From a virus, in IMG/VR virus record IMGVR_UViG_3300048813_000107, positions 1 through 64,000 of that record: a stretch of DNA of 64,000 nt. One strand, given 5' to 3'. The notes under the pieces were generated by a model that saw only the letters and a program-made list of their open reading frames with translations, searched no databases and had not been told where the DNA came from. The translations under genes were made by a program, and so were the position numbers. Shown one piece after another: positions 26,156 to 35,627 of this stretch; the first letter of the stretch is position 1, and every line of letters starts with the position of its first letter.

Positions 26156-26273
26156 CGCGCTCCCCCTTGCGTGTCCGGTACTCCCTGATCCACCGTTCGG
26201 TGCAGTCGCCGCACAGGCAGGTGATGGCACTGAGCAGGCGGAAGAACCGGCACCGATTGCAGTAGCCGCTCAT
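26148..26273 (-). CDS. Cys-rich microprotein (41 aa, not in ORF track)
   Basis: MSGYCNRC...CGDC; ATGA coupling. Confidence 0.55.
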   Translation of the reverse strand: MSGYCNRCRFFRLLSAITCLCGDCTERWIREYRTRKGERDD

Positions 26274-26827
26274 CCGGTGCCCTTCTCGCTGCCGCGCTCG
26301 GCCTTCGTCGCCAGTCGCTTGGCCGGTGCCGCTTTCGGCGGGACCGATGCCAGCGCGATGGCCGCCCGGACTTCCTCGGTCAGCGCCGTGTTGGCCTCGA
26401 TCCGCTCGAGGATGGCGAGGATCTTGTCGTCTTGCGCAGCGAGGTGGGCGGCCTGCTCGTCCTGGCCGTGCAGCAGCGCCTCGACGTCATCAAACTGGCG
26501 CTTGGCCATGCGGTCGGTGGCCGAGGCCAGGACGGCGGCGCCCACGATGATGATCGGCAGGAGCACGAGCTGTATGAACTGCGAGCTAGCCCACTGGACA
26601 AACCCGGCTGGGCCGCCCTTGAGACCGGCGGGCAGCCCGTACAGCGCGAGCGCGGTGAAGGCGTAGGCGCACCACATGGTCCCGACGCCGCGAGTCACGA
26701 TCACCGCAGCGCGGGTGTTGATCCGGGTGACCGCGTTCCCGGACGGCCGCACGTCGGCGACCTTGACCGGGCCCGCTTCCTTGCGGTGCGCGATGTGCGG
26801 ATGCGGGACGTGCCTGTACAGGCTCAC
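26270..26827 (-). CDS. Two-TM membrane protein, DUF1003-like (lysis cassette)
   Basis: VGTMWCAYAF, SQFIQLVLLPIIIVG, coiled-coil tail. Confidence 0.75.
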   Translation of the reverse strand: MSLYRHVPHPHIAHRKEAGPVKVADVRPSGNAVTRINTRAAVIVTRGVGTMWCAYAFTALALYGLPAGLKGGPAGFVQWASSQFIQLVLLPIIIVGAAVLASATDRMAKRQFDDVEALLHGQDEQAAHLAAQDDKILAILERIEANTALTEEVRAAIALASVPPKAAPAKRLATKAERGSEKGTG

Positions 26828-26846
26828 GGTGCGCCTCCGGGAAGGG

Positions 26847-26996
26847 TCAGGGAACGAGCGCCGAGAGGAACAGGAACACCAGGCCGGCGATCATGAACGC
26901 GTCCGGGGACACGGGGCCGAAGCTGAGCCGGGTGATGTCGAGGAACAGCGCGGCGGCGAGGACGAGAACGGCGGCGGTGCGGAGTACGCCGGCCAG
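26847..26996 (-). CDS. Small two-TM holin-like protein, apparent CTG start
   Basis: LAGVLRTAAVLVLAAALFL...FMIAGLVFLFLSALVP; GAGG upstream of CTG. Confidence 0.5.
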   Translation of the reverse strand: MAGVLRTAAVLVLAAALFLDITRLSFGPVSPDAFMIAGLVFLFLSALVP

Positions 26997-27005
26997 GGGA
27001 GTGCC

Positions 27006-27314
27006 TCAGGCCCCCGTCTCGCCGCTGTCCGCGTCCGCCTCGTCCGGCGGCACCACGATGTAATGCGACTTCACGGTGACGTTCAGGCTCAGCGCAGAGC
27101 CGCCGCCGCTGTGACCGCTGGCGTCGACGACGTACACCTGCTCATAGCCGTCGCCGACGAGGCAGTTCAACGGCGCGTCCTCGGCGATGTGGCGGGCCAG
27201 CAGCAGGGCGACCTCGCAGCCCACCTTGTTATCGTTCTGGGCACCGACCTGGACGTGCCGGAGCTGCTTCACTACGTCGTCGCGCTTGCCAATGGCGGCG
27301 AATCCGAATGACAT
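27006..27314 (-). CDS. Hypothetical protein
   Basis: GAGGG RBS before MSFGFAAIG. Confidence 0.65.
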   Translation of the reverse strand: MSFGFAAIGKRDDVVKQLRHVQVGAQNDNKVGCEVALLLARHIAEDAPLNCLVGDGYEQVYVVDASGHSGGGSALSLNVTVKSHYIVVPPDEADADSGETGA

Positions 27315-27368
27315 GAGTCCCTCTTTCTGGTTTTCGTTACCTTGCAGGTCAGAGCGCGGATGCACAGC

Positions 27369-27530
27369 TCAGAGGCGGGTGTACTTCACCCGGTCACCGA
27401 ACCCGTACAGCAGCACGAGTACGCCGATGAGGCCGATCAGGATGGCCAGCGCGTGCGCGACGGTGATGCCCGCCATCCACAGCACGACGGCGACGATGAC
27501 CAGGGCTATGCCGATGAGGACAGAAAACAT
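27369..27530 (-). CDS. Small two-TM holin-like protein (53 aa)
   Basis: MFSVLIGIALVIVAVVLW...LAILIGLIGVLVLLY, basic tail; AAGGAG RBS. Confidence 0.7.
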   Translation of the reverse strand: MFSVLIGIALVIVAVVLWMAGITVAHALAILIGLIGVLVLLYGFGDRVKYTRL

Positions 27531-27566
27531 GCGAGGTCTCCTTGAAGGGGGGTTGCGTCAGGCCGG

Positions 27567-27878
27567 CTATTTGCAGCCGAAGTCGGCGCCGAGCTGGTCG
27601 AGTATCGCGTGGTTGTTCTGGTCGTACGCCCTGCTCGGGTTCGTCCTGGGGTTGCCCGCTGGCGGCTTGTTCGCCGCCAGCTTTCCGAACGTGGTGCAAA
27701 GCTTCCGCTCGAGCACCGCACCGGCCTGCTGTTGCAGTACCTGCTCGTGATGCTGTGACGCCCTGATGTCCCCGGCGCTTGCGTGCACCTGATCCCACGA
27801 CGCCCACAGGTTCCCCGCGCCTACGATCAGCGTCAGGACCAGCAGCGCGACTATCGCCCGCATCGGCGTGATCTTCAC
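27567..27878 (-). CDS. Single-TM protein with Cys pair (lysis accessory)
   Basis: N-terminal TM, LCTTF...FGCK; GTGA coupling. Confidence 0.7.
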   Translation of the reverse strand: MKITPMRAIVALLVLTLIVGAGNLWASWDQVHASAGDIRASQHHEQVLQQQAGAVLERKLCTTFGKLAANKPPAGNPRTNPSRAYDQNNHAILDQLGADFGCK

Positions 27879-28204
27879 GGTTCCTCCTCGCGCCGGGTGC
27901 GTTCCGCTTGCAGCACCTCCAGGCGCGCACGGACCCCGGCCTGCTCGTCCTTGATCTGCGCGACGTCCCGGGCTGTCCGGTGGACGACATCGCGCAGCGA
28001 GTTGCCGCCGTCCGGCTTCGTCTCGGCCTTGATCTCGGCGATCTCCTGCTGCAGCCCCGTGATGGCCGTCTTCATCTTCGGCCAGTCGGTCAGGAAATCG
28101 TGGGTGGCGATGAGGAGCCGCACTCCCCAGCGCCCTCCCCAGGCCCCGAGGGCGGCGAGGGCGACGGCGAGTGCGGTGATCGCGGTGATCCATGCCGGAT
28201 CCAT
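27875..28204 (-). CDS. TM plus coiled-coil protein (lysis cassette)
   Basis: N-terminal TM, ETKPDGGNSLRDVV motif typical of actinophage membrane proteins. Confidence 0.75.
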   Translation of the reverse strand: MDPAWITAITALAVALAALGAWGGRWGVRLLIATHDFLTDWPKMKTAITGLQQEIAEIKAETKPDGGNSLRDVVHRTARDVAQIKDEQAGVRARLEVLQAERTRREEEP

Positions 28205-28213
28205 GCGCCTCCC

Positions 28214-28381
28214 TCAGATGTGCTCGAGCTGGGCGGGCCGGAAGCTAACCGGCGGGTGGCCGTCCAGGCTGACGACGATCACCGCATTGACGCCGCTGCC
28301 GGCAATAGCCCGGACCGAGCCTTTCCGGTGCGGTGCCGCAACTTCCCGGACCCGGTCCTGGATCCTGAACGTCGCGGCCAT
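28214..28381 (-). CDS. Small SH3-like hypothetical protein (55 aa)
   Basis: FRIQDRVRE..KGSV..VVSLD..FRPAQLE. Confidence 0.6.
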   Translation of the reverse strand: MAATFRIQDRVREVAAPHRKGSVRAIAGSGVNAVIVVSLDGHPPVSFRPAQLEHI

Positions 28382-28399
28382 CACGGCTCCTCGCGCTGA

Positions 28400-31300
28400 T
28401 CAGGTGAAATACCCGCCCGGCGGAAGCGGGTCGGCGGTGATGGTCAGGCTGGCCTCAGGCCTCGAGCCGTTCGCCCCGAACGCCATCTTCCTGCCGCTCA
28501 TATTCGAGATGCGGTAGATCTCCACGCTCAGCGGGCCGCCGGACATCGGCTGGTCTGTCACCTGGACCAGGTCACTGACATTTGCGCCGGCGACGTACGG
28601 CCACGCGGCAGGGTATCCGGCCGCGTCGACCTTCAGGGTCAGCACGCGACGCTCCAGGGATCCGTACGTCGCGAGGATCCAGTCGGCGGCGGCCTGGATC
28701 CTTGCCGCTGACTGCAGGTAGCTGGTCGTCCCGGTCGCCAGCGGCCGCGGCCCGTACTGCCGCTGCGATGCGTTCGCCGCCGTGGCGTCGGAGGGGGTGA
28801 TGAACGGCAGGCTCGCGCCGTCCGGAGAGTACGGCGCGACCTGGATAACGTTGGTCACGTACTGCGGGTCGTTGCCGAAGTCCATGCCCGGCTGGTACGG
28901 GTAGCCGTAGGCCGGCCCCGCCGAGCTCAGGTACCAGATGACGGTGTCGGAGCTGAGATGGGCCCGGGACCTGTACGACTGCGTATTGCAGTTGTCAACA
29001 AACCACATGCCGTAGTCGCTGCTGACGATGTTCTGGCAGTTCGCGCCGCACTGCTGGCCGCCCGCGTCCAGGGCTGCCTGCACCAGCTCCGCCGCCGTCG
29101 CGTCGATGGCACGGGCCGGCGCGGTCATCCCGCCGAGGCCGAGGAGCCGTTCCAGCCTCTGCGCCACGGTGTCCCCGAGGGGGGTCGGCGCCGACGGCGG
29201 CGATGCTCCGGTGCCTCCCCCGGTCGAGCACACCCCGGCGTCCGCGGCCGCCGCCCCGAACCCGGAGCTGAACGAGTCCCCGGACCCGCATACGGTCGCG
29301 GCCGAGGTCTCCGCATTCGCGGCGGCGGCAGTGTAGAGGGCGTACTGCGGTGCCAGCCCGGTGTAGGACAGCCAGATGGCATTTCCGTAGTAGCTGTGCG
29401 ACCCGCTCACGCCGATCCCGGCGGTGACAGCCCTCGCTGACGGGCCGGAAGTATAAGAGCCGGCTGCAGCCGCGACCTCGCCGCTGAAGGTGAACGGGAC
29501 GAGGCTCGTCCCGCCGGCGTACCCGTAGGAACCCTGGTACAGGGTTCCGTCCGGGGTGTACCCGGTCGGGAGCTCGTTGATAACAGCGGCCACGGCGACA
29601 GTCTGAGGGGCAGGCAGGAGCCCGGAGCCGGTGATGGCGGCGCTGTACTGGGACAGCAGCCGCCAGGGGGGGAGGATGGAGCCCCAGACGGCCCAGTGGG
29701 AGTAGGCGACGTTCCCGCCGTGCTGGATGTCCGCCGGGCTGGAGCCGCCGTTCGCCCCGTAGTCGCCGTTCAGGGTGAGCCACGTCCAGCCGGCGGTCAT
29801 GCCGGCGGCGGTGCCGCTGACGTTCGCGGTGAGGCCGCCGTTGACCAGGACCGTCCATGTCGTGGTGGTGAGCTGGAGGTCAATGCAGTGCCACGACGCC
29901 GAGCGAAGGTCAGAGGAACTGTAGATGGGGTGCGTGGTCGCCGTCGGGCCGTTGTAGGTGATCAGCTCGAGCGCCCCGGCCAGGGACAGCTGCAGGATCG
30001 CGACGGGCGCGGAGCCCGTCGAGAGGGTCGCCAGGGTAATGACCGAGCAGGGCTGCCCGGCGATGGGATAGTACTGCCCGGTGCCGTTGTCCTTCCAGCC
30101 TGTCGCCGAGGCGAAGAAGTCGGCGCTGAACCAGCCCTTGACCGTGATACCGCCGGACAGGGGCGGGTAGGCCGGGTCGAGCGCGGCGAGGAACCAGGTG
30201 TTCGCTCCCCCGCTGCCGAGCAGCCCGGTCTGCTGCCATGCCGCCGAGCCGGGGCTGGACGTGACCGGGTTCCCGGTGGAGTAGCTGGCCGGGGACGACT
30301 GCGGGTCGCCGTAGTTCCATCCTTGCTGCTGGCCGACTGCGGACACGGCGACGGACGGGGGGACGATGGTGCTGCCGCCGCCTGTTGCCGTCGCGTCGAT
30401 GCCGGTGGTGGTGTAGGAGTCCCCGGCGGTGATCCCGCCGGGTGAGGCGACGATGCTCATCGTGTTCGTGTTGCCGGGCGCGCTGCTGGCCAGTGATGCG
30501 GGCTGCACGCCGCCCGCCAGGGGCTGGTCGTCCATCGCCCACCAGGAGTGCGGGGCGTCTCCGGGTGCGGTGCCGAGCACTTCCCCCCGGTACGGGGTTG
30601 GGCACGGGACGCCGGCGACGGACCAGCCGTCGGTGAGGCCGGTCTCGACGTAGCTGTGCTGGTCCTCGTCGCGTTTCTCTGTCCAGCCCAGGGCGTTCCG
30701 CTGCCAGATGTAGGTGCGGTCCACCGGTACCCCGCCGACGGTGCCGAGCATGATCCGGAGCCGCAGCGGGGTGCCGGTGGTCACGCCCGGGTAGTACAGG
30801 CCGGCCGCGTTGGAGGGCGTGAAGTTGCCGGGCCCGTTGTCGAGGGTGACGCTGCCCTCGGAGGACTGTAGCTGGCCGAGGGCGTACGGGATCCCGGTGC
30901 TGGTTTCCTCCCACGCCCAGAAGCACTTGTCCTCTTCGGCCGGGGTCAGCGCGGAGTCGTTGAGGGTGACCCATTCCATCTCGTCGGCGGGGGTCTGGAA
31001 TCCCGACCCGATGGCGGCTTCGAGGATGGTCCGGCCGGCCCCCCCGGGGGCCACGGCGGAGTCCTCGGGGATCGGGCTGGGCGCGCCGGCCTGGACGCCG
31101 AGGATGGAGCCGCTGAGATCCTCGGCCGTGCCTGCGGTGCCGGTGACTGATTCGGAGGATGAGGTGACGGTCCACGCGGCGGTGAGAACCACATCGCAGC
31201 TGTGATCGGTCCCGTTGCTGGCGGTGACGGCCGGGAGGGTGGTCCAGCCGGCCGGCGCGAAGGCCTGGGTTGCGCTGGTGTTGTCCCCGGTGATGAACGC

Positions 31301-31402
31301 GATCTCGAAGGCGTTGACCGGGGCCGCCGCCGCCGCCGAGTAGCCGCCAGGGACGGCCAGGCCGGGGACGGCCAGGCCGGGAGTGGAGACGGGAGCTGCC
31401 AC
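28400..31402 (-). CDS. Large minor tail protein (hub-like, LamG/ConA-like domain)
   Basis: WWAMDD, ITVKGWF, WHCI; downstream of tape measure. Confidence 0.8.
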   Translation of the reverse strand: MAAPVSTPGLAVPGLAVPGGYSAAAAAPVNAFEIAFITGDNTSATQAFAPAGWTTLPAVTASNGTDHSCDVVLTAAWTVTSSSESVTGTAGTAEDLSGSILGVQAGAPSPIPEDSAVAPGGAGRTILEAAIGSGFQTPADEMEWVTLNDSALTPAEEDKCFWAWEETSTGIPYALGQLQSSEGSVTLDNGPGNFTPSNAAGLYYPGVTTGTPLRLRIMLGTVGGVPVDRTYIWQRNALGWTEKRDEDQHSYVETGLTDGWSVAGVPCPTPYRGEVLGTAPGDAPHSWWAMDDQPLAGGVQPASLASSAPGNTNTMSIVASPGGITAGDSYTTTGIDATATGGGSTIVPPSVAVSAVGQQQGWNYGDPQSSPASYSTGNPVTSSPGSAAWQQTGLLGSGGANTWFLAALDPAYPPLSGGITVKGWFSADFFASATGWKDNGTGQYYPIAGQPCSVITLATLSTGSAPVAILQLSLAGALELITYNGPTATTHPIYSSSDLRSASWHCIDLQLTTTTWTVLVNGGLTANVSGTAAGMTAGWTWLTLNGDYGANGGSSPADIQHGGNVAYSHWAVWGSILPPWRLLSQYSAAITGSGLLPAPQTVAVAAVINELPTGYTPDGTLYQGSYGYAGGTSLVPFTFSGEVAAAAGSYTSGPSARAVTAGIGVSGSHSYYGNAIWLSYTGLAPQYALYTAAAANAETSAATVCGSGDSFSSGFGAAAADAGVCSTGGGTGASPPSAPTPLGDTVAQRLERLLGLGGMTAPARAIDATAAELVQAALDAGGQQCGANCQNIVSSDYGMWFVDNCNTQSYRSRAHLSSDTVIWYLSSAGPAYGYPYQPGMDFGNDPQYVTNVIQVAPYSPDGASLPFITPSDATAANASQRQYGPRPLATGTTSYLQSAARIQAAADWILATYGSLERRVLTLKVDAAGYPAAWPYVAGANVSDLVQVTDQPMSGGPLSVEIYRISNMSGRKMAFGANGSRPEASLTITADPLPPGGYFT

Positions 31403-31431
31403 GGGTCACCCCCGCGCGGTCGCGCCGGCCG

Positions 31432-33777
31432 TCACGAGAGGGCCGCCCAGAACCCGACGCCCTGCTGGGTGATGCTCGACGGCGTGATCGACCCCGGCAG
31501 CGACGTCTGCCCGGAGAGAATCCCCCCGTACCGGGACGTCGCGGCGCTGTTCGCGCCGTTCACCAGCCCCGCGACGTTGTTGACGTTGCGGCCGAACGCC
31601 GGGCTGGTCGTCCCGTTCGCCACCAGCGCCACCCAGTACATCCCGGCGGGGAGCGTGAACGGCCCCCCCGCCAGCGCCATCGTCTTCAGTCCCGCCCCCG
31701 CGGAACCCCACGCGGTCGTCTGGTCGGCACTGGTCCCGATCAGCGTCCCCGCGGAGTTGTACAGCCCGGCGAAATTCTCGCTCGCGGTGAGGGTACCCCC
31801 GGCCGTGCTGACGACGGTGATGACATTCGTGCAGGACACCGGGGAGCGGACGTTGACCCCGATCAGCACGATCCCGCCGAGGGAGGGCAGGGTGCTGGAG
31901 TTGACGATCAGCGCCGGGTCATAGTTCCACGCCAGCCAGCCCACGTCGGACGGCAGGAACGGCGGCCCGGCGGCCGGCAGCTGCACCTGCGCCGGGTACC
32001 AGACCCCCGCGTTGCCCCACCACAGGAACGTCATCGAGGTCCCCGCCGGGACGACGCAAGCGGTCCCGGTGGCCACGTGAGACGTCGCCAGGGCAGCGAA
32101 GGTGATCGACCCGGTGCCGGCGTTGACCAGCGTGAACGTCCGGTTCGCCCAGGATGCGGCCCCGGCGCCCTGCGCGCCCGGGTCGTTGGTCCCCAGGATG
32201 CAGCCGGTGACATTCCCCGCCGGCACCGCGACGGCGAGCGCGTTATACCGGGTGGTGATGAACGCGCCGTTCGTGATGGTGCCCAGGGCGAAATGCGTCA
32301 TGCCCGCGCCGGTTACCCGGAACAGGTTGACGTCGCCCATGCAGATGCCGTCGAAGTCGAAGGACCCGACCGAGTTGATAGTGGTGGCGAATCCGCTGCT
32401 GCCCGTGAAGTCGATGATGCCGGTGCAGTCGCGGATGGCGTTGCTGCCTGCAGTGCCGAAGTTGATGGTGACCGGCTGGTAGATCCGGCCGCCGCCGCTG
32501 GTGGCGTTGCATTCCACGCCGATGTCCAGGCGGCTGGCGTAGATCCTGCTGAACGGCCCCTGGACGGTGCCTGACCCGGTGGACGTCGAGTTGACCGCCG
32601 CGCCGCCCGCCGTGGCCGACAGCCCGAAGGTGGCGCCGCTGGCGTTGACGACGTAGTAGCCGCCCGCGGTGAACCCCGCGGGGAGAGACCCGCCGGACAG
32701 GGTGACGTACGTGGCGTTGGCGAAGTAGCTGCCCGTCGCGGTGAAAACGCAGGGGCTGGCGTTCGTCGCGGTGAACGAGTAACCCGGCCCCCCGGTGATG
32801 TTCATGACGGAATGCTGGGCGGTGCCGTAGTCGCAGTTGCCGTAGATCCCGATCCTGCTGTCGTAAAGCTCCGCGCCGTTCAGCAGGGTCACCCCGTCGC
32901 CGACGGCTTTCATGTCCAGCACGATGTCCAGGAGGGTGCGGGCGAAGCTGGTGGCAGCAAGGCCGCTGACGTTGGCGGAGTTGTCGAAGACCACGTTGGA
33001 GGTGTTCTCCTGCGCCCAGATATGCCCGTACATGTCTTCGCACCAGAAGTACTGGTTGTCGAACCACCAGCCTTTGGAGCCGCTGCCCTGGAAGAACCGG
33101 ACGCCGGCGTCCCACCCGAGCTGGTAGATGTCGCCGGCGTGGACGCCGCACGACCCCGCCCCCGCGCTGGTGCCGTCGATCGTCAGGCCCTTGATGCCGC
33201 CGCCGAACCCGCTGGTGTACTGGCTCGTCGCGTACATCCGGATGACGGTGCCCGTGCCGACCGCGTAGGCGACGGTGGCGTCCAGCCCGGCGCCTTGCAA
33301 GGTGATCCCGGCCTGGTCGATGACGGTGCCGCCGCACGTCCAGTAGAAGACGCCCGCCGCGACCCGGACGACCCCGCCCTGGCTCCCCAGCTGGGCGATC
33401 GCCGCGTTGAGGTAGGCGGTGTCCAGGACGCCCGTCGCGTCCCCGGCCGGCTGGAGCGCGATCACCGCCGAGTTGAGCCAGTTCGCCACGATCGCCTGCG
33501 TGACCGTGAACGGCGCGGAATGCGCTACCGGGGTCGTGCCGCCCGCGCCCCGGACCACGGTCGCCGACGTGCCGGAGGTGTTCTCGACCAGGATCAGCTC
33601 GGCGCTCTTACCCGGCGCGGTGTCGTAAATGTGGTACTGCGTGCTGCCTGTCGTCGCCTGCGCGAACGCCGCCCACGACGGGGCCGTCCACGTCTCGACG
33701 GTGCCGGCGCTCGGGGCGGTGGTGCCGCCGCTGGTGACCGTGGCCGTGGGCTGGTTGGCGAAGACTTCTACGGCCAC
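31432..33777 (-). CDS. Tail fibre/tailspike with pectate-lyase-like beta-helix
   Basis: GDATGVLDTAYLNAAI..GGVVRVAAGVF..ITLQGAG beta-helix start; modular C-terminus. Confidence 0.8.
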   Translation of the reverse strand: MAVEVFANQPTATVTSGGTTAPSAGTVETWTAPSWAAFAQATTGSTQYHIYDTAPGKSAELILVENTSGTSATVVRGAGGTTPVAHSAPFTVTQAIVANWLNSAVIALQPAGDATGVLDTAYLNAAIAQLGSQGGVVRVAAGVFYWTCGGTVIDQAGITLQGAGLDATVAYAVGTGTVIRMYATSQYTSGFGGGIKGLTIDGTSAGAGSCGVHAGDIYQLGWDAGVRFFQGSGSKGWWFDNQYFWCEDMYGHIWAQENTSNVVFDNSANVSGLAATSFARTLLDIVLDMKAVGDGVTLLNGAELYDSRIGIYGNCDYGTAQHSVMNITGGPGYSFTATNASPCVFTATGSYFANATYVTLSGGSLPAGFTAGGYYVVNASGATFGLSATAGGAAVNSTSTGSGTVQGPFSRIYASRLDIGVECNATSGGGRIYQPVTINFGTAGSNAIRDCTGIIDFTGSSGFATTINSVGSFDFDGICMGDVNLFRVTGAGMTHFALGTITNGAFITTRYNALAVAVPAGNVTGCILGTNDPGAQGAGAASWANRTFTLVNAGTGSITFAALATSHVATGTACVVPAGTSMTFLWWGNAGVWYPAQVQLPAAGPPFLPSDVGWLAWNYDPALIVNSSTLPSLGGIVLIGVNVRSPVSCTNVITVVSTAGGTLTASENFAGLYNSAGTLIGTSADQTTAWGSAGAGLKTMALAGGPFTLPAGMYWVALVANGTTSPAFGRNVNNVAGLVNGANSAATSRYGGILSGQTSLPGSITPSSITQQGVGFWAALS

Positions 33778-33818
33778 GGGCGCTCCCCTCGTCGGTGCGC
33801 CCGCCGCATAATGGGCGG

Positions 33819-33891
33819 ATGGACGGGACTAGCGGAGTTCCTGGCGGCCCGGGCGGACGAGGATGAGGCGGTGGCTACGCTCGGGTCATGA
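33819..33891 (+). pseudogene. Frameshifted, truncated DUF6221-like N-terminus
   Basis: CATAAT-6nt-ATG, then LAEFLAARADEDEAVA one base out of frame. Confidence 0.45.
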
Positions 33892-34166
33892 CAACCCCCG
33901 GCGGCGAGCCGTTCCCGTTCCCCGGCATCGCGATACCCGTCTTCGATGAGGCGGACATCCGCATGTCCGGCTGGGATATCGGGAGCTCAGAGGGTCGCGC
34001 CGTCCTCCAGGCCGGCCGCTGCGGCGACCACTTCACCCTGATCTTCCGGCCGGGCTCGTACATCACCTGCCGCGCGGACGGAAGCCTGGAAATTAGCAGC
34101 ATCGATTTCGGCGGCGGTCCGGTCACCCACGACCCCGGCTGCCCCACCGCAAGCGCGGCACCGTGA
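33888..34166 (+). CDS. Antisense inserted gene, hypothetical
   Basis: Fills gap between tail genes; ATGA coupling. Confidence 0.6.
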   Translation: MTTPGGEPFPFPGIAIPVFDEADIRMSGWDIGSSEGRAVLQAGRCGDHFTLIFRPGSYITCRADGSLEISSIDFGGGPVTHDPGCPTASAAP

Positions 34167-34182
34167 GCACTCCCGCCGCCCT

Positions 34183-35586
34183 CTACTCCGGTGCAGGCAG
34201 GTCCAGCCCCAGCGACGTTGCCCCGCCCGCATAGCCGGTCTCGTAGCCCGTCACCGCATCCCACGGCCCGAGGTTCGCGACCTCCACGACCATGACCGCC
34301 ATCGCCGCGCTCGCCCCGCTGGGAGCCACGTAGACCACAGCGGGAATCCTGGCCAGGTTGGCGGTGTACCAGGTGACCGAGCGCGTGCTGCCGCTGAGCG
34401 TGCTCGGCGACTGAGGCCGCCAGAAAGAGTGAATGTCATCGGCCACGCCCACGGTCATCGCAGGCAGCCCGTTGTCCTGGTTCCAGCCGGCGAGGCAGAA
34501 CAGCCAGTTACCCTCCGACGGGAACCCCGTGCCGCTGATGATGCTGTAAGTCGGGTCCAGCGGGACGGTGAGGCTCTGGAGCGCGGGCGGCATCGGCCCG
34601 AACGAGGACGGCTGAGCGAAGCTGCTGGCCCACGCGTTGACCACGCCAGGGTTGAAAGCGGCACCGGCGAGGATCCCGTACCCGGCCGCGTAATCCTTCG
34701 CCGCGCCCTTGCGGTTCGCGCGCCCGGTCGCCGTGCCGATGCCGGCCGCGTAGCCGTTCGCCGACGACGACGGAGGCGGGTTGATGATCCCCGTGCCGGC
34801 CGCGTAGTCCCTGGCCGCGCCTGACGTGTGCTTGGACCCGGACGCGGAGCCGGTTCCCGCCGCGTAGCCCTTGCTGCTGCTGGCCGCCTTCTTGAGCCCG
34901 GACGCCGATCCGGTCCCGGCCGCGTAGTCCTCAGCAGGACCGCCGACGATCTCAGTCCAGGTGATGATGACCTGGCCGGCCGCGCCGTCCCCGCCAGGCT
35001 GGTTGCCGGAGTCGCCACCACCGCCAGGGGCCCCGCCGGGGGCAATCCCGTCGACGCCGGGCGATGCGGGACCGCCGCCAGCGGCGCCCGGCGTGCCCCC
35101 GCCGGCCCCGGCTGCCCCTGCTGACCCGCCGACCGTCCCGCCGAGGCCACCAGCCCCGCCGGACCCCGAAGCCCCCGGCGACCCGGGGCCGCCGGCACCC
35201 CCCTTGCCGCTTCCTGAGGTGCCGTGCGTCCCGCCGGTTCCCGCCGTGGCGACGGTGTTGCTGCCCGCCGCGCCGGCAGCCCCGGGGATGTTCGCCACCG
35301 CACTGGTGCCGGCATCGGCCTGCACGGTGACCGAGCCGCCAGTCACGGTGGTGGCCGTGCCCGTGCCGCCCGTGCCGATCGTGATCGCCAGGACGGTCCC
35401 GGCGACTACCCCGCCAAGAGCCGGCTCCGCAGCGTAGGCACCGGTCCCGGCCGACGCGCCGGAATGGGATCCGGATACGCCGTGCCCGGCGTTCCCGCTC
35501 TCACCCCACGCCTGGACCTCGGGGGCGCCGCTGATGTTGCTGGGGGCGGTCCACGTGGTGCTGGCCGGGATCGTGATCGAGGGCAC
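34183..35586 (-). CDS. Glycine-rich minor tail protein with YAAG repeats
   Basis: TTWTAP..VQAWG..GGDGAAGQVIITW Gly-rich domain, five YAAGxG repeats, beta-sandwich C-terminus. Confidence 0.8.
   Translation of the reverse strand: MPSITIPASTTWTAPSNISGAPEVQAWGESGNAGHGVSGSHSGASAGTGAYAAEPALGGVVAGTVLAITIGTGGTGTATTVTGGSVTVQADAGTSAVANIPGAAGAAGSNTVATAGTGGTHGTSGSGKGGAGGPGSPGASGSGGAGGLGGTVGGSAGAAGAGGGTPGAAGGGPASPGVDGIAPGGAPGGGGDSGNQPGGDGAAGQVIITWTEIVGGPAEDYAAGTGSASGLKKAASSSKGYAAGTGSASGSKHTSGAARDYAAGTGIINPPPSSSANGYAAGIGTATGRANRKGAAKDYAAGYGILAGAAFNPGVVNAWASSFAQPSSFGPMPPALQSLTVPLDPTYSIISGTGFPSEGNWLFCLAGWNQDNGLPAMTVGVADDIHSFWRPQSPSTLSGSTRSVTWYTANLARIPAVVYVAPSGASAAMAVMVVEVANLGPWDAVTGYETGYAGGATSLGLDLPAPE
34685..34926 (-). 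repeat. Five intragenic YAAGxG repeats
   Basis: GCCGCGTA at 34685, 34745, 34799, 34859, 34919 (spacing 60, 54, 60, 60 bp). Confidence 0.85.
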
Positions 35587-35627
35587 CTAGACCGCCCCCC
35601 TCGCGAGCAGGTGCCGGACGGGAAGGA

